Below the pieces are notes generated by a model, which was not told the origin of the DNA, did no database searches, and saw only the letters and a list, made by a program, of their open reading frames with translations. A stretch of DNA of 64,000 bases from assembly GCA_951812955.1 (NCBI GenBank), contig OX638340.1, positions 2,784,001 to 2,848,000 on the forward strand. The letters run 5' to 3'. A program made the translations under genes and the position numbers. Of this stretch, positions 25,836 through 36,838 are shown piece after piece. Every line of letters begins with the position of its first letter. Positions within the stretch are counted from its first letter, which is position 1. Origin of the DNA: an uncultured Gemmatimonadota bacterium (GTDB lineage: Bacteria; JAAXHH01).

Positions 25836-26318
25836 CTATACCGTCCGCTCGGTCTGCCCGGTCTGCGTGGTTCCCATGGTCAGGCATTCCCGCACGATGT
25901 GGTTGACGAGCCTGCCGTCCGCCCGGCCCTTGACTCGAGGCATGACCGCCCCCATGATCCTGCCCAGGTCTCCCGGCCCCGCGGGGCCGGCCCGGTCGAT
26001 GACATCCCTTACCACGGATCTGATCTCTTCTTCGGACAACTGATCCGGCAGGTAGGACGCGAGGATCTCGAGTTCTTCATCGGCCTGTGCGATCAGGTCC
26101 TTACGATCGCCCTTGACGGCGAACTCCCGCGCTTCTCTCCGAGACTTGATCAGGGAGGAGATCACTTCGACCGTTTCCTCGTCCGGCAAATCTTTGCCCT
26201 TTGCGATCTCCCGGTTCTTGATCTGAGCGCGTATCATGCGGATCAGACCGAGACGTACGGTCTCCCGGTTCCTGAGCGCGGATTTCATATCTTCCGCCAA
26301 ACGCTCTGTTAGCGCCAT
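25836..26318 (-). CDS. GatB/YqeY domain protein
   Basis: 160 aa. MALTERLAEDMKSALRNRETVRLGLIRMIRAQIKN matches the YqeY family. Sits between rpsU and the downstream genes, as in many rpsU operons. Confidence 0.75.
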   Translation of the reverse strand: MALTERLAEDMKSALRNRETVRLGLIRMIRAQIKNREIAKGKDLPDEETVEVISSLIKSRREAREFAVKGDRKDLIAQADEELEILASYLPDQLSEEEIRSVVRDVIDRAGPAGPGDLGRIMGAVMPRVKGRADGRLVNHIVRECLTMGTTQTGQTERTV

Positions 26319-26335
26319 GACCCGCTCCGGTTTGA

Positions 26336-26533
26336 TCAGTATCTTTCCTGCTGGAGCCGCTTCTGATTCTTCCGCTTCGCCGCGTTCAGCTTGCGCTTGC
26401 GTTTCGCGCTCGGTTTCTCAAAATGCTGATGCTTGCGTATTTCAGACATGATGCCGACTTTCTCGCAAGTCTTGGTAAAACGACGCAGGGCCTTTTCGAA
26501 CGGTTCTCCTTCCCTGACACGAATACCTGGCAT
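26336..26533 (-). CDS. rpsU: 30S ribosomal protein S21
   Basis: [28 protein letters not shown]... with a lysine/arginine-rich C-terminus. ORF 26336..26539, with the start taken at MPGI. Confidence 0.9.
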   Translation of the reverse strand: MPGIRVREGEPFEKALRRFTKTCEKVGIMSEIRKHQHFEKPSAKRKRKLNAAKRKNQKRLQQERY

Positions 26534-26688
26534 CCTCACACCCCCTCTCTCGCCACTCGAATCGGGTGAACCAAGTCTTACTCTCCGTCTCTATTCCAAC
26601 CTTTCCAATATGCCATGGGCCGGTTGAAATAGCAAGGAGTTTAATTCGTTCGATCCCGGTACCCACCCTTCGTCCGGCCCATCGCCGT

Positions 26689-27048
26689 TCAAGCGGCCAG
26701 TTCGGGCATTTGGCGTCCCCCGAGCAGATGCATATGGAGATGAAATACGGTCTGTCCCCCGTCCCGGCCGCAATTGACGATCAGCCGGTACCCGCCGTTG
26801 TGAATTCCGGCGTCCCGGGCGATCCGGTTCGCCGCCGCGGTGAGCCGGCTCATGATCCCGGCCGTATCGCCGCCCAGGTCGGCGACCGTTTCGATATGCG
26901 CTCGCGGTACGACAAGCACGTGCACCGGCGCCGCGGGATTTATGTCCCGAAAGGCCACGACGTGTTCGTCCTCGTAGACGAATTCGGTCGGGAGCGTTCC
27001 GGCAATTATGCGGCAGAACAGACACTCGGACATGGTATCGTCCTCCAA
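26689..27048 (-). CDS. HIT-family (histidine triad) nucleotide-binding protein
   Basis: 119 aa. CLFCRIIAGTLPTEFVYEDEHVVAFRDINPAAPVHVLVVP...HLHMHLLGG (HxHxHxx histidine triad). Confidence 0.8.
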   Translation of the reverse strand: MEDDTMSECLFCRIIAGTLPTEFVYEDEHVVAFRDINPAAPVHVLVVPRAHIETVADLGGDTAGIMSRLTAAANRIARDAGIHNGGYRLIVNCGRDGGQTVFHLHMHLLGGRQMPELAA

Positions 27049-27091
27049 TGCTTGGCGCGCGACGCGGTACGGTGACGCCCACCGGCCGTTT

Positions 27092-27835
27092 TCACGCGGA
27101 ATCGAGGGCCGCCATAAGCAGAGCCAACCCCGCGATGGAGGCCGTATCGGCCCGTAGGCGCGAGCGTCCCAGCGAAACCGATTGCATGCCGGCTTCCCGG
27201 GCCATATCGAGCTCCTCCCGGGCGAAACCCCCTTCGGGACCGATCATCAACAGGATGCGCCTTGCTTCCACGACCAGGCACGATGTGAGCGCCGGCCCCG
27301 TTCCCCTTTCTTCTTCCGAGGCGATCAGGGCCAGGTCGTAGGATGACGCGGTGCCCACGACTTCCTGCAGGCTCATGACCGGGACAATCAGCGGCAGCCG
27401 GGCGCGCAGCGACTGTTTCATTGCGCTCAGGGCGATACGCCGCCAGCGTTCCAGCCGTTGTCCGCCCGGTTCGCCTCCGCCCGCCACCGTGCGGGAACTG
27501 CGCATGGGTATGATGCCGGCAACGCCCAGTTCCGTCGCTTTCTCGACGACCGTGTCCAACCGCGGCCCCTTGAGCAGCGACGGGACGAGCGTCACTTCGG
27601 CCGATCCCCCCTCGCCGTCTCTCCGGCGGTCGAGAATCTCGATTTCCACCTCGGGTTTCATGCGGACGAGCACGCCTTCGTAGATCCAGCCTTCGCCGTC
27701 CACGAAATGCACGGAGTCCCCTGGTTTCTTGCGCAGTGCGCGCGCCAGGTGATTCCGTTCGTCCCCGTCCGGAACGAAAGCCGAGTTCCCCACGATCTGG
27801 TCCGGAGGTACATAACTGAATTCCATCATATCCGC
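27092..27835 (-). CDS. rsmE: 16S rRNA (uracil1498-N3)-methyltransferase RsmE family
   Basis: ORF 27092..27889. The likely start is MADMMEF... It has a PUA-like N-terminus and a SPOUT C-terminus (GPEGGFAREELDMAREAGMQSVSLG). Confidence 0.7.
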   Translation of the reverse strand, partial: ADMMEFSYVPPDQIVGNSAFVPDGDERNHLARALRKKPGDSVHFVDGEGWIYEGVLVRMKPEVEIEILDRRRDGEGGSAEVTLVPSLLKGPRLDTVVEKATELGVAGIIPMRSSRTVAGGGEPGGQRLERWRRIALSAMKQSLRARLPLIVPVMSLQEVVGTASSYDLALIASEEERGTGPALTSCLVVEARRILLMIGPEGGFAREELDMAREAGMQSVSLGRSRLRADTASIAGLALLMAALDSA

Positions 27836-27855
27836 CATTCGCCCGGGCCGCCGGG

Positions 27856-28743
27856 TTAACCGGGCGGCCTGCCGGCCGCGCCGGCCCACCAGACTCCCAG
27901 GGTCTCCCGCTCCAGCAACGCGAAACCATGGTCTTCCAGCGCCGTTTCAAATGCCCTGGCTTCCTCGATGAGCAAACCGGAGAGGATCAACTCGCCGTCG
28001 GGGTGAAGAAGGGCTTTGAAGCCGGGAAGCATGGCGGTCAGACTGGATGCGCCGATGTTGGAGACGATGATCCGGTATTGTCCGCCGACCGAGGGATGGT
28101 CCAAGCGGCCGGCATAGGTATCGACCCGGCCGGCCATCCCGTTCAGCCCGGCGTTTTCCAGCGCGTTTCCGATGGTCTCGGGATCGATGTCGATGCCCGT
28201 TGCCCTGGAGGCGCCCAGGAGCGCCGCGGTGATGGAAAGTACGCCGGATCCCGATCCCACGTCGAGCACCCGGTCGCCCGGCCGTATCCGTTTTTCCAGT
28301 TGCCGAAGGCAAAGCTGCGTGGTTTCGTGCCCGCCCGTACCGAATCCGGCGCCCGGGTTGATCCGGACTACGAGAAGGCCATCGGAACGGGTCACCTCGG
28401 ACCAGGGCGGAGCGACCAGGAGCCGTTCCGATACCCGCACGGGCCCCAGCTGTGTTTTCCATTGCCCGGCCCAGTCGGCTTCGGACACCCTGCGCGTGGC
28501 GATCCGGCATTCTCCGTCCACCATGCCCAGTTCGCGAAGCGCATCCCAGAGGCGGGAGATCCGGTCGATCTTTTCGTTCACGCCGGGCCGGTCGGGCCAG
28601 AACCCGGTAAGGCATTCCGATCCGGTGGCGGGCGGACCCGCGGACTGAACGACCCCGGTGGCGCCCAGTTCCCAGAACGCGTTGGCGATCGCCTCTTCGG
28701 ATTCGGGCGTGGTGGCTATGGTTATTTCGACCCAGTGACGCAT
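27856..28743 (-). CDS. prmA: Ribosomal protein L11 methyltransferase
   Basis: 295 aa. ...GAGFGTGGHETTQLCLRQLE...VLDVGSGSGVLSITAALLGA... is the PrmA SAM-binding signature. Confidence 0.8.
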   Translation of the reverse strand: MRHWVEITIATTPESEEAIANAFWELGATGVVQSAGPPATGSECLTGFWPDRPGVNEKIDRISRLWDALRELGMVDGECRIATRRVSEADWAGQWKTQLGPVRVSERLLVAPPWSEVTRSDGLLVVRINPGAGFGTGGHETTQLCLRQLEKRIRPGDRVLDVGSGSGVLSITAALLGASRATGIDIDPETIGNALENAGLNGMAGRVDTYAGRLDHPSVGGQYRIIVSNIGASSLTAMLPGFKALLHPDGELILSGLLIEEARAFETALEDHGFALLERETLGVWWAGAAGRPPG

Positions 28744-28792
28744 AGGCGAGGGATGGGCGGCATTCGAACCGGGTCCGCGTTCCCGCAGCGGT

Positions 28793-29944
28793 TCAGTCGC
28801 CGAACAACTCTTCCCTGATCCGGTTGAAGAATCCCCGGTCGTTCTCCGGCGTCTTAGTCCTCCCGCTGTCCAACCCGGACAACTCCCGGTACAGTTCCTT
28901 TTCCCTGCCGGACAGTTCGGTGGGCGTCCAGACGATGACTTTCACGAGCTGGTCGCCCTGGCCGTACCCGTTCAGGTGGGGCATGCCCTTGGCGCGCAAC
29001 CGGAAGACCTTGCCGAACTGGGTGCCGGGAGGAATGGTAAGGCGTACCTTGCCCGTAAGGGTCGGGACCTCCGCCTGGTCGCCCAGGGCCGCCTGGCTGA
29101 AACTGAGGGGCAACACGTAAACGATGTCGTCGTCCTGGCGTTCGAAGAACTCGTGGGGTTCCTGTTCGATGACGACGAGCACGTCTCCGGCCGCTCCGCC
29201 GCGGACACCGGCGTGGCCCTGTCCCTGGAGGCGCATGTAGTTCCCGTCGCCGGCGCCGACCGGGATATCCACCTTGACCGTGACCGTCTTCATCTGCCGC
29301 CCCTGTCCCTCGCACGTGCCGCAGGGCCGGTCGATCGTCTTTCCCTGGCCCTGGCAGTTCGGACAGGTCGTGACGTTCATCACGACACCGAAGAGGGAGG
29401 ACGCGCGTTGCTGGACCTGTCCCTGCCCGTGGCAGGTCGGACAGATTCGCACGCTGTTAGGTTCGGCGGCGCCGCTGCCGTCGCACGGCTCGCAGGGCAT
29501 ATACCGCTTGATGCGGATCGTCTTGCTGACGCCCCGGGCCAATTCCTCCAGGGTCAGCTTCAGGTTTACCCGGAGATCCGTGCCCCGGTTGCTTGCCCTT
29601 CCACGGGTCCGACCGCCGAAGAAGTCACCGAAAATACCGCCCAGGTTTCCCAGAATGTCTTCGAAATCCCCCGCGTGGGAGAAATCCGTCCACTGGAAAC
29701 CGCCCGATCCGAAGTCGCCCGCCACGCCCTGGTGGCCGAACTGGTCGTATCGCGTGCGCTTTTCCGGATCGCTGAGTACCTCGTAGGCTTCGGCGGCCGT
29801 CCTGAATTTCTCTTCGGCCGCCTCGTCGCCCGGGTTCCGGTCCGGATGAAACTGCATGGCCAGCTTCCGGTACGCCTTCTTGATCTCGTCCTCGGATGCC
29901 GAGCGCGCAACGCCCAGGGTATCGTAGTAGTCCCGTTTATTCAT
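28793..29944 (-). CDS. dnaJ: Molecular chaperone DnaJ
   Basis: 383 aa. J-domain (DYYDTLGV...[15 protein letters not shown]), G/F region, four CxxCxGxG zinc-finger repeats, and a C-terminal domain. Confidence 0.9.
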   Translation of the reverse strand: MNKRDYYDTLGVARSASEDEIKKAYRKLAMQFHPDRNPGDEAAEEKFRTAAEAYEVLSDPEKRTRYDQFGHQGVAGDFGSGGFQWTDFSHAGDFEDILGNLGGIFGDFFGGRTRGRASNRGTDLRVNLKLTLEELARGVSKTIRIKRYMPCEPCDGSGAAEPNSVRICPTCHGQGQVQQRASSLFGVVMNVTTCPNCQGQGKTIDRPCGTCEGQGRQMKTVTVKVDIPVGAGDGNYMRLQGQGHAGVRGGAAGDVLVVIEQEPHEFFERQDDDIVYVLPLSFSQAALGDQAEVPTLTGKVRLTIPPGTQFGKVFRLRAKGMPHLNGYGQGDQLVKVIVWTPTELSGREKELYRELSGLDSGRTKTPENDRGFFNRIREELFGD

Positions 29945-30749
29945 CTTCAGCGGAATCCCGTATCCGACCGTTGTCCCGGTCCGGCGTTTTCGCCGGCGTG
30001 CGCGTCACGATGACCTTGGCCGCGCGAAGGACCTTTTCGTTGAGTGTGTAGCCCTTTTCGACCACGTTGATTACCGTGTCGGCCGGATGTTCTTCGTTAT
30101 CGACGGCCATGACGGCTTCGTGCAGCGTGGGATCGAAGGGCGCGCCTTCAGCGGTGATCTCCTTCATGCCCGCCTTCACCAGTTTTTCCAGGAACTGCTG
30201 GCGGATCATCTCGAAACCCTGGGCGAAGGACCGGGTTTCATCGGATGTCTGCGGCGCCTGGAGGGCCCGTTCTATGTTGTCCAGTATGGGCAGCAACTCG
30301 GTGATCAGCGATTCCCCGGCGTTTTTAACCAGCGCGGTGAATTCGCGCCCGGTGCGCTTCTTGTAGTTGTCGAACTCGGCGGCCAGGCGCACCAGACGAT
30401 CCTTGTAGCGCAGGGCCTCCTCGGCCAGTCTGGCCTGTTCATCCCCGGGCGCGTCCTCGGAGGCGCCGACAGGCTTCTCCCCGGGGGCGGCTGCTCCTTC
30501 AGGCGCGTCCTCGGAGGCGCCGACAGGCTTCTCTCCGGGGGCCGCTTCTCCTACTGGTGCGTCCTCGGCGGTCCGCCTTGCCCGGTCCTCCGCCGCGGTC
30601 GCCGGTCCATTTCCCGGTCCGGCGCGACGGTCCGTCCCCGGTCCGGAATCCGACCCGGCTCCGGATTCGCTCTCGTGCGCGGTAGTCTCCGTCGCTTCGA
30701 CTGCTTCTTCCTGTGTACCTGCGACTTCGACTTCTTGCTCCTTGCTCAT
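29937..30749 (-). CDS. grpE: Nucleotide exchange factor GrpE with an extended repeat-containing N-terminal region
   Basis: 270 aa. GrpE core ...[24 protein letters not shown]...[12 protein letters not shown]... preceded by [13 protein letters not shown]-type repeats. Confidence 0.85.
   Translation of the reverse strand: MSKEQEVEVAGTQEEAVEATETTAHESESGAGSDSGPGTDRRAGPGNGPATAAEDRARRTAEDAPVGEAAPGEKPVGASEDAPEGAAAPGEKPVGASEDAPGDEQARLAEEALRYKDRLVRLAAEFDNYKKRTGREFTALVKNAGESLITELLPILDNIERALQAPQTSDETRSFAQGFEMIRQQFLEKLVKAGMKEITAEGAPFDPTLHEAVMAVDNEEHPADTVINVVEKGYTLNEKVLRAAKVIVTRTPAKTPDRDNGRIRDSAEDE
30448..30575. repeat. 54-bp intragenic tandem repeat (about 2.3 copies) in grpE N-terminal region
   Basis: Copies start at 30448 and 30502, with a partial copy at 30556. 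Encodes an 18-aa repeat. Confidence 0.75.
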
Positions 30750-30879
30750 GACTCGAATTTCCCCTTACAGGATGAAAGGCCCGTTCCTTTGCCGGCGTGT
30801 CCCGTCCGGTACCAAAAGGAAGCGGGCGTGATCACTCACGTCCGCTGGAATACCGATCCGGGGCGAAAACAGACCTGTT

Positions 30880-31908
30880 TCACGCGAACTTCATATTCAG
30901 ATACCGCGCCGTATACCCGACGACGGACATCAGGCGCGCATAGGGCATGCGGGTCGGTCCGATGACCCCGATAATGCCAGCCATGTCGCCAATTCGATAG
31001 GTCGAAGTCACCACGCTGCAGGACTTTACTTCGTTCTGTCCGTTCTCCCGTCCGATGGTGACGGCGATCCGGTTTTCGTGATGGCGCTCGCTCAGCCAGT
31101 GGGCCACCGTACGCTTGTGCTCGAGGAACTGAAGCAGCGACGAGAGCTTCGTGTAATCCGTCACGAACTCCGGCTGAGAAACGATATAGGTCGTACCCCC
31201 GATATGGGTTTTCTCGTTCTCCTCGAAATCGAAGAGGTAATCGCTGTACTGGATGAACAGCTGGACGATCTTCCGCTTGGACTGCGGCGCGTCCTCCAGG
31301 CGTTCATCGAGCTGCCCCTTGATCTCCCTGAGGGAGCAGCCGTTCAATCGCTCGTTCAGGAACCAGGTGGCATCGGCGAGCCGGTCCGCGGGAATTTCCG
31401 CGTCGAGTTCGGCGACGATGCTCCTGACCAGTCCGGAAGTGAGGGTCAGCACCAGCAGCACCTTCCGGTGGGCCACCGGTATGAATTCCACGCGTTCGAG
31501 TCTGCCGTCATACAACTTCGGCGCCAGCGCCACACCGACTTCCCTGCATACCAGTCCGAGTATGTGCGCGGTATGGCTCAGAAGCTCCTGGACGCTCAAC
31601 CAGTCGTTTTCAAGCTCGAGATGGATCCGTTCCCTATCCCGCTTGGCGATGGGGCGCACGCGGAGGAGGGTGTCCACGTAATACCTGTAGCCCTTGTCCG
31701 TCGGAACACCGCCGGACGAGGGATGAGGGCGGGCGATGTACCCGGCGTCTTCGAGGTTCACCATGGCATTGCGCACCGTCGCCGGACTGACGGCGTGGGG
31801 CGACTGGCTGGCTATCGACTTGGAACCAACGGGCTGGCCCGTGGAAACATGGTGTTCAACCAGGCTTCGGAGAATATCCTTGTCCCGGTCGGTCTGAAGT
31901 GTATACGC
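30880..31908 (-). CDS. hrcA: Heat-inducible transcription repressor HrcA
   Basis: ORF 30880..31992. The likely start is MAYTLQTDRDKDILRSLVEHHVSTGQPVGSKSIA (HrcA N-terminal wHTH signature). Lies upstream of grpE-dnaJ. Confidence 0.8.
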   Translation of the reverse strand, partial: AYTLQTDRDKDILRSLVEHHVSTGQPVGSKSIASQSPHAVSPATVRNAMVNLEDAGYIARPHPSSGGVPTDKGYRYYVDTLLRVRPIAKRDRERIHLELENDWLSVQELLSHTAHILGLVCREVGVALAPKLYDGRLERVEFIPVAHRKVLLVLTLTSGLVRSIVAELDAEIPADRLADATWFLNERLNGCSLREIKGQLDERLEDAPQSKRKIVQLFIQYSDYLFDFEENEKTHIGGTTYIVSQPEFVTDYTKLSSLLQFLEHKRTVAHWLSERHHENRIAVTIGRENGQNEVKSCSVVTSTYRIGDMAGIIGVIGPTRMPYARLMSVVGYTARYLNMKFA

Positions 31909-32262
31909 CATGACGATCCTGAAACCTGTATTGGGAAGTGCCATGCACGGCGAAGGTTCGGCAGTGGGATGAACCTCGTCCGGACCACGCAACGCAAATC
32001 GGCGTCCGGCGCCCGTATGCGGCTGAAGGACGCGCTCGAAATCCGTTACTGTATTTACGAATCAGGTCCGCTCGTGTCAAGCGAAAAGCTGTGCGCCGGC
32101 CGGGCCTTTCTCCCCTTCTCTCAATGACTTTTCCTTGACTGAAAGGGGGTGTGGCGGCTATATTCCGGGATCGCGTTCCAGGCATTGAACAACCCCTCGG
32201 AGTAGCGTCACGATACCGGTCGCAGGAACGTAGACCGGATCGGAGACGGCCGGGGTTGCGCA

Positions 32263-32919
32263 ATGCGGAGAACGCGACGCGGCCAGTCGCTGGGGGATGT
32301 CATGCTGAGTTCGAAAGTGAAGACCTGGTACGTGAACATGCTGGGACCCTTCGTCCGCACGTCCGTTCGATTCGGGATTCATCCCAACGCGTTGACGATG
32401 CTAGGCTTCGGGATCACCCTGGCTTCGGCCTGTCTCTTCGGACTGGGTGCCTTCCGGTGGGCGGGGCTGGTCATGTTCATCGGCGGCAGTTGCGACGTAT
32501 TGGACGGGCATCTCGCCCGGGAGACCGGGACGCGAAGCACCTTTGGCGCGCTCCTCGATTCCACCCTGGACCGCTATGCGGAGATCGCCGTATTCGTCGG
32601 CATCATCGCATTCTATCTTTTTAACGCGGCCGAGGGCGGATTGAGCGCCTACTGGGTGCTGGCTTCCGTGATGGCCATCAGCGGTTCCCTGATGGTGAGC
32701 TACGTACGGGCCCGCGCGGAGGGGCTCGGGCAGGAATGCACCGTCGGACTCATGCAGCGGCCGGAGAGGATCATCTGTCTCGGACTGGGCGCCTTGCTCG
32801 GAGAAACGTACCTGCCCGTGGCGCTGGTCTTGATCGCCGTGGTGTCGAACATCACGGCCTTCTCGCGTCTGTTCTACATCCGCAAGAAGTCTGAGGAGCT
32901 AAGGAGTACGGACCCATGA
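32263..32919 (+). CDS. CDP-alcohol phosphatidyltransferase family protein
   Basis: Signature D(x)2DG(x)2AR...G(x)3D(x)3D (CDVLDGHLARETGTRSTFGALLDSTLDRYAE) plus multiple TM helices. An alternative start is MLSSKV at 32302. Confidence 0.7.
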   Translation: MRRTRRGQSLGDVMLSSKVKTWYVNMLGPFVRTSVRFGIHPNALTMLGFGITLASACLFGLGAFRWAGLVMFIGGSCDVLDGHLARETGTRSTFGALLDSTLDRYAEIAVFVGIIAFYLFNAAEGGLSAYWVLASVMAISGSLMVSYVRARAEGLGQECTVGLMQRPERIICLGLGALLGETYLPVALVLIAVVSNITAFSRLFYIRKKSEELRSTDP

Positions 32920-34613
32920 GAACCCGGACCAGAAGAATCGCCTTCATCGGACTTTCGGTTATTGTCCTGCTAGGCGCCGGATGGCTGCTCAATCAAGACC
33001 GCGTGCAGGCGGTTGGGGAGCAGCAGTACGATCTGAACTTGCTGACGCAGGTCGTGGAGCGCATACGCGCCAAGTACGTGGACGACCTGAACGAGGGCGA
33101 AGCGATTGACGCGGCCATCCGCGGCATGCTGGGCACGCTGGATCCCTATACCGAGTTTCTGGAGAAGAAGCAGAACGACGAAATGAAAATGATGCAGATC
33201 CAGGGGAAGTACGGTGGACTCGGCATCAAGATCACCAAGCCCAGGGAGGAAAACGCCCTCGTCGTCGTTGCGTTGTTCGACGACACGCCGGCCTTCGACG
33301 TCGGTCTGCAGACTGGCGACCGCATTGTATTGATCGAAGACCGGTCCACGGCCGAGATCGACGTTTCTCAGGCTGCGGATCTCCTCAGGGGCAGCCCGGG
33401 TACCGACGTGAAGATATCGGTCAGCCGGGAGGGGGAAGACGAATACATCGACTATACCCTGACGCGGGCCATCATAACCATACCGGTGGTTCCTTACGTT
33501 GGGATGCTGGATAACGATATCGGGTACATCAAGCTGAACCAGTTCACCGAAGAAGCCGCCAGGGAGATCGAAACGGCTTTGAATCGACTGAAAGACCAGG
33601 GCGCCCGGGGATACCTGCTAGATCTGCGCGGCAACCCGGGGGGACTGCTGGAGCAAGCCGTCGGCGTCGCGGGGAAGTTCCTGGAAGAGGACCGGCTCGT
33701 CGTATACACGATGGGGCGTCCCGGCACCGAACGGAGATCCTATCACGCTTCCGATAGCTATACACTCGTAGATGCGCCGCTGGTGGTCCTGGTCGACCGG
33801 TACAGCGCCAGCGCTTCCGAGATCGTCGCCGGTGCCATCCAGGACTGGGACCGGGGGATCGTGGCCGGCCGGCCGACTTTCGGCAAGGCCTCGGTGCAGC
33901 AGATTTTCCCCATGAACAAGGGCACCGCCCTGAAGATCACGACTGCGCGGTATTACACGCCAAGCGGCAGGTTGATCCAGAAGATCAAGGAAAGCCGGAT
34001 CAATCCTTTCGCTCCGCAAGCCGCTGCGGTCGAACCGGACGTATCCGAGGAGACGGAAAGGGAAACATACAGGACGGAAGGCGGGCGTACCGTGTACGGC
34101 GGAGGCGGGATCACGCCGGACGTCGAGTTCGATGTACCCACTTACCCCGCCCTGGTCCAGGCGCTGAACAATCAGAGTCTCTTCATCAAGTTCGCTTCGC
34201 ACTACGTGACGGGCAATCCCGACGTCGACCAGGCGACCTTTGACGTGACGGACGAAATGATCGGCGACTTCCGCCGGTTCGTCGAAGCACGTTCCTTCGA
34301 GTACACCTCCGTGGCGGAGCAGACGCTGAATGAACTGGAGGAAATCGTCCAGGACCGGACGGCTTCCACCGAGGTGCTTGAATCGCTCGCCGACCTGAGG
34401 CGGAAGCTGATCCGGCAGCATGAGCAGGAATACCAGAGGCACAGGGAATTGCTCGTGGCCCGGATCGGGACCGAGATCAGCGCGAGGCTCTGGGGAACGG
34501 CGGGACGGTACGCCTTCGCCACGAAACACGACCCCCAGATCATTACGTCTCTGGAGATACTGGCAGACGAAGAAAAGTACCGGGATCTGCTCGGAGCCGT
34601 CCCGGAGGAATAG
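32916..34613 (+). CDS. ctpA: Carboxyl-terminal processing protease (S41 family, PDZ domain)
   Basis: 565 aa. PDZ region plus an S41 core (GYLLDLRGNPGGLLEQAV...VVLVDRYSASASEIVAGAIQD...GRPTFGKASVQ). Confidence 0.85.
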   Translation: MRTRTRRIAFIGLSVIVLLGAGWLLNQDRVQAVGEQQYDLNLLTQVVERIRAKYVDDLNEGEAIDAAIRGMLGTLDPYTEFLEKKQNDEMKMMQIQGKYGGLGIKITKPREENALVVVALFDDTPAFDVGLQTGDRIVLIEDRSTAEIDVSQAADLLRGSPGTDVKISVSREGEDEYIDYTLTRAIITIPVVPYVGMLDNDIGYIKLNQFTEEAAREIETALNRLKDQGARGYLLDLRGNPGGLLEQAVGVAGKFLEEDRLVVYTMGRPGTERRSYHASDSYTLVDAPLVVLVDRYSASASEIVAGAIQDWDRGIVAGRPTFGKASVQQIFPMNKGTALKITTARYYTPSGRLIQKIKESRINPFAPQAAAVEPDVSEETERETYRTEGGRTVYGGGGITPDVEFDVPTYPALVQALNNQSLFIKFASHYVTGNPDVDQATFDVTDEMIGDFRRFVEARSFEYTSVAEQTLNELEEIVQDRTASTEVLESLADLRRKLIRQHEQEYQRHRELLVARIGTEISARLWGTAGRYAFATKHDPQIITSLEILADEEKYRDLLGAVPEE

Positions 34614-34664
34614 GGAGACCGGTTATCGGCAGGCAAACACCCCGGCAACATGCACGCAGGCTGC

Positions 34665-34746
34665 GCGAGGGTGGCGGAACTGGTATACGCGCTGGATTTA
34701 GGATCCAGTGGGGCAACCCATGGGGGTTCGAGTCCCCCCTCTCGCA
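34665..34746 (+). tRNA. tRNA-Leu (anticodon TAG), long variable arm
   Basis: GCGAGGGTGGCGGAACTGGTATACGCGCTGGATTTAGGATCCAGTGGGGCAACCCATGGGGGTTCGAGTCCCCCCTCTCGCA. 82 nt, closely parallel to canonical bacterial tRNA-Leu. Anticodon loop UUUAGGA. Confidence 0.85.
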
Positions 34747-34897
34747 TCACGCCCGGGATCCTGGTTGCTTGGCCCCGGAGTCCCGGCGCTTTTCCGTTGA
34801 CATAAACCCCTCTCCACAGTTAATTAACTCGGCTTGTCGAACGGCGTTCGGGTTGATACGAGTCCGCGGCCCGATGCGGTAAAACCGACGGGCTTGT

Positions 34898-36172
34898 ATG
34901 CGCGAGGCGCACGGAGGAAATGGCTTGAACTACACGGTATCCGAACCCAAACCCTGGAAACGCGTCCTGGAGATCGAAGTGCCCTCCGATGCGATTCAAT
35001 CCGAACTGAACGCCGCCTACGCGCGTTACAGTAGAGAGGTGCGCCTTCCCGGGTTCCGCCGGGGCAAGGTTCCACTCAGTGTGCTCAAGGCCCGTCTCGG
35101 CAATGAAATCCGGGCGGAAGTGCTCGAGAAGAAAATACCTGAATACCTGAACAGCGCCCACGAAAAGGCCGATATCAAGCCTATTAGCCAGCCCGTGATC
35201 GAAGAGATAGAATTCGACGAAGGACAGGACCTCAAACTCCGGGCCAGTGTGGAAGTCAAGCCCGCCATAGAATTGAAGCAATACAAGGACCTGCGGGTGA
35301 ACCGGCGGACCGTGAACGTGACCGACGAGGATATAGATCAGCGGCTGGAGGGGTTGCGGGAACGATACGCCAGCGTGGTGAACGTCGATGGTGCAGCGGA
35401 ACGGGACCACTTCATCCGGGCCGATATTCAGCATGCGGACAACAGCGGCGTGCCGATCATCGGGCGCAAGGAGGAGAACCAGTTTTTCCAGATCGGTTCC
35501 GGCCGCCTTGGAGAGGATTTCGACACCCAGTTGACCGGGGTCAGGGCCGACGAGGACCGTACCGTCCGGACCACGCTTCCGTCCGACTACCCCGACGAGA
35601 ACATGGCGGGCGGGGAAGCCTGTTTTATCGTGAGTGTCCGTGAGGTCATGGAAAGACAATTGCCGGACGCGGACGACGATTTCGCCGTGGACATCGGCAT
35701 GGAGAGCCTGGACGCCCTGAAACAGTCGATCAGGGAGGAAATCGAGCGGGAACCGGACCGGGAATTGCGCAACGACCTGGTCACGCAGATCGTGGAGGCC
35801 CACGATTTCGAGGTGCCCGAATCCATGATGACCGCCTATCTCGACCAGGTGGTGGCGGACGCGCGCCGTACCACGCGGGATCAGGACGAAGTCGACGAGA
35901 ACGCCCTTCGTCAGCAGTACCGGCCCGTGGCGAACAACCAGATCATGCGCCATCTCATCCTGGACGCCATCGGCGAGCAGGAAGGGCTGGCGGTGGATCA
36001 GGAGGAAGTGGATGAGCGGCTGGAGGCCGTCGCGGCGCGGGGCCAGGCCTCTGTCGACCAGGTTCGCAAACTCTTCCGTGAAAACGGGAGGCTGGAACGC
36101 ATCGAAGCGGATCTCAGGGAGGAGAAGGTCGTTGAGTTTCTCGTGCAGCACGCCGACATACAAGCGGAGTAG
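34898..36172 (+). CDS. tig: Trigger factor
   Basis: 424 aa. N-terminal ribosome-binding domain (GFRRGKVPLSVL), PPIase-like middle domain, C-terminal arm. Precedes clpP-clpX-lon. Confidence 0.85.
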   Translation: MREAHGGNGLNYTVSEPKPWKRVLEIEVPSDAIQSELNAAYARYSREVRLPGFRRGKVPLSVLKARLGNEIRAEVLEKKIPEYLNSAHEKADIKPISQPVIEEIEFDEGQDLKLRASVEVKPAIELKQYKDLRVNRRTVNVTDEDIDQRLEGLRERYASVVNVDGAAERDHFIRADIQHADNSGVPIIGRKEENQFFQIGSGRLGEDFDTQLTGVRADEDRTVRTTLPSDYPDENMAGGEACFIVSVREVMERQLPDADDDFAVDIGMESLDALKQSIREEIEREPDRELRNDLVTQIVEAHDFEVPESMMTAYLDQVVADARRTTRDQDEVDENALRQQYRPVANNQIMRHLILDAIGEQEGLAVDQEEVDERLEAVAARGQASVDQVRKLFRENGRLERIEADLREEKVVEFLVQHADIQAE

Positions 36173-36193
36173 GCCGACATACAAGCGGAGTAG
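36152..36193. repeat. 21-bp tandem duplication (x2) including the tig stop codon
   Basis: GCCGACATACAAGCGGAGTAG at 36152-36172 and again at 36173-36193. The TAG stop is duplicated. Confidence 0.9.
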
Positions 36194-36205
36194 AAGGAGC
36201 GTCTC

Positions 36206-36829
36206 ATGTTAGTACCGATGGTGATCGAACAGACGGGCCGCGGGGAACGGGCCTACGACATCTACTCTCTGCTGCTGAAGAACCGCATCGTCTTTATCGG
36301 TATGCCGATCGACGACACCATCGCGAACCTGGTGATCGCCCAGTTACTCTATTTGCAGTACGAAGACGCCGAGAAGGACATCAAACTGTACATCAACAGC
36401 CCCGGTGGCAGTATCACTGCGGGTCTGGCCATTTACGACACCATGCAGTTCATCCAGCCCGACGTGGAGACTTACTGCCTGGGCATGGCCGCCAGCATGG
36501 GCGCCTTTCTCCTCACGGCGGGCGGTGCCGGGAAACGGTACGCCCTGCCCTATGCGCGTATCCTGATCCACCAGCCTTCCATCCCCCACATGGCCGGAAC
36601 GGCGAAGGATATCGAGATCCAGGCCGAGGAAATGCTGCGCATGAAGCGGACCATGAATGAGATCATGGCCCATCACACCGGACAGTCCGTGGACAAGATT
36701 GAATCGGATACCGACAGGGACTTCTGGATGTCGCCGGAACAGGCCGTGGAGTACGGACTGGTGGACCACGTGGTCGAAACCGCCGCTTCAAAGGCCATCG
36801 CCGAATCGCTGAACGGCAAAACCGCCTAG
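36206..36829 (+). CDS. clpP: ATP-dependent Clp protease proteolytic subunit
   Basis: 207 aa. ...[11 protein letters not shown]...[20 protein letters not shown]...[11 protein letters not shown]... (catalytic Ser/His/Asp context). Confidence 0.95.
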   Translation: MLVPMVIEQTGRGERAYDIYSLLLKNRIVFIGMPIDDTIANLVIAQLLYLQYEDAEKDIKLYINSPGGSITAGLAIYDTMQFIQPDVETYCLGMAASMGAFLLTAGGAGKRYALPYARILIHQPSIPHMAGTAKDIEIQAEEMLRMKRTMNEIMAHHTGQSVDKIESDTDRDFWMSPEQAVEYGLVDHVVETAASKAIAESLNGKTA

Positions 36830-36838
36830 GACGGGATC

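Noticed and set aside
31909-32262. Searched upstream of hrcA for a CIRCE operator (TTAGCACTC-N9-GAGTGCTAA)
   Set aside because: No match on either strand. Nothing can be concluded beyond absence of the canonical element; the lineage may use a divergent operator.
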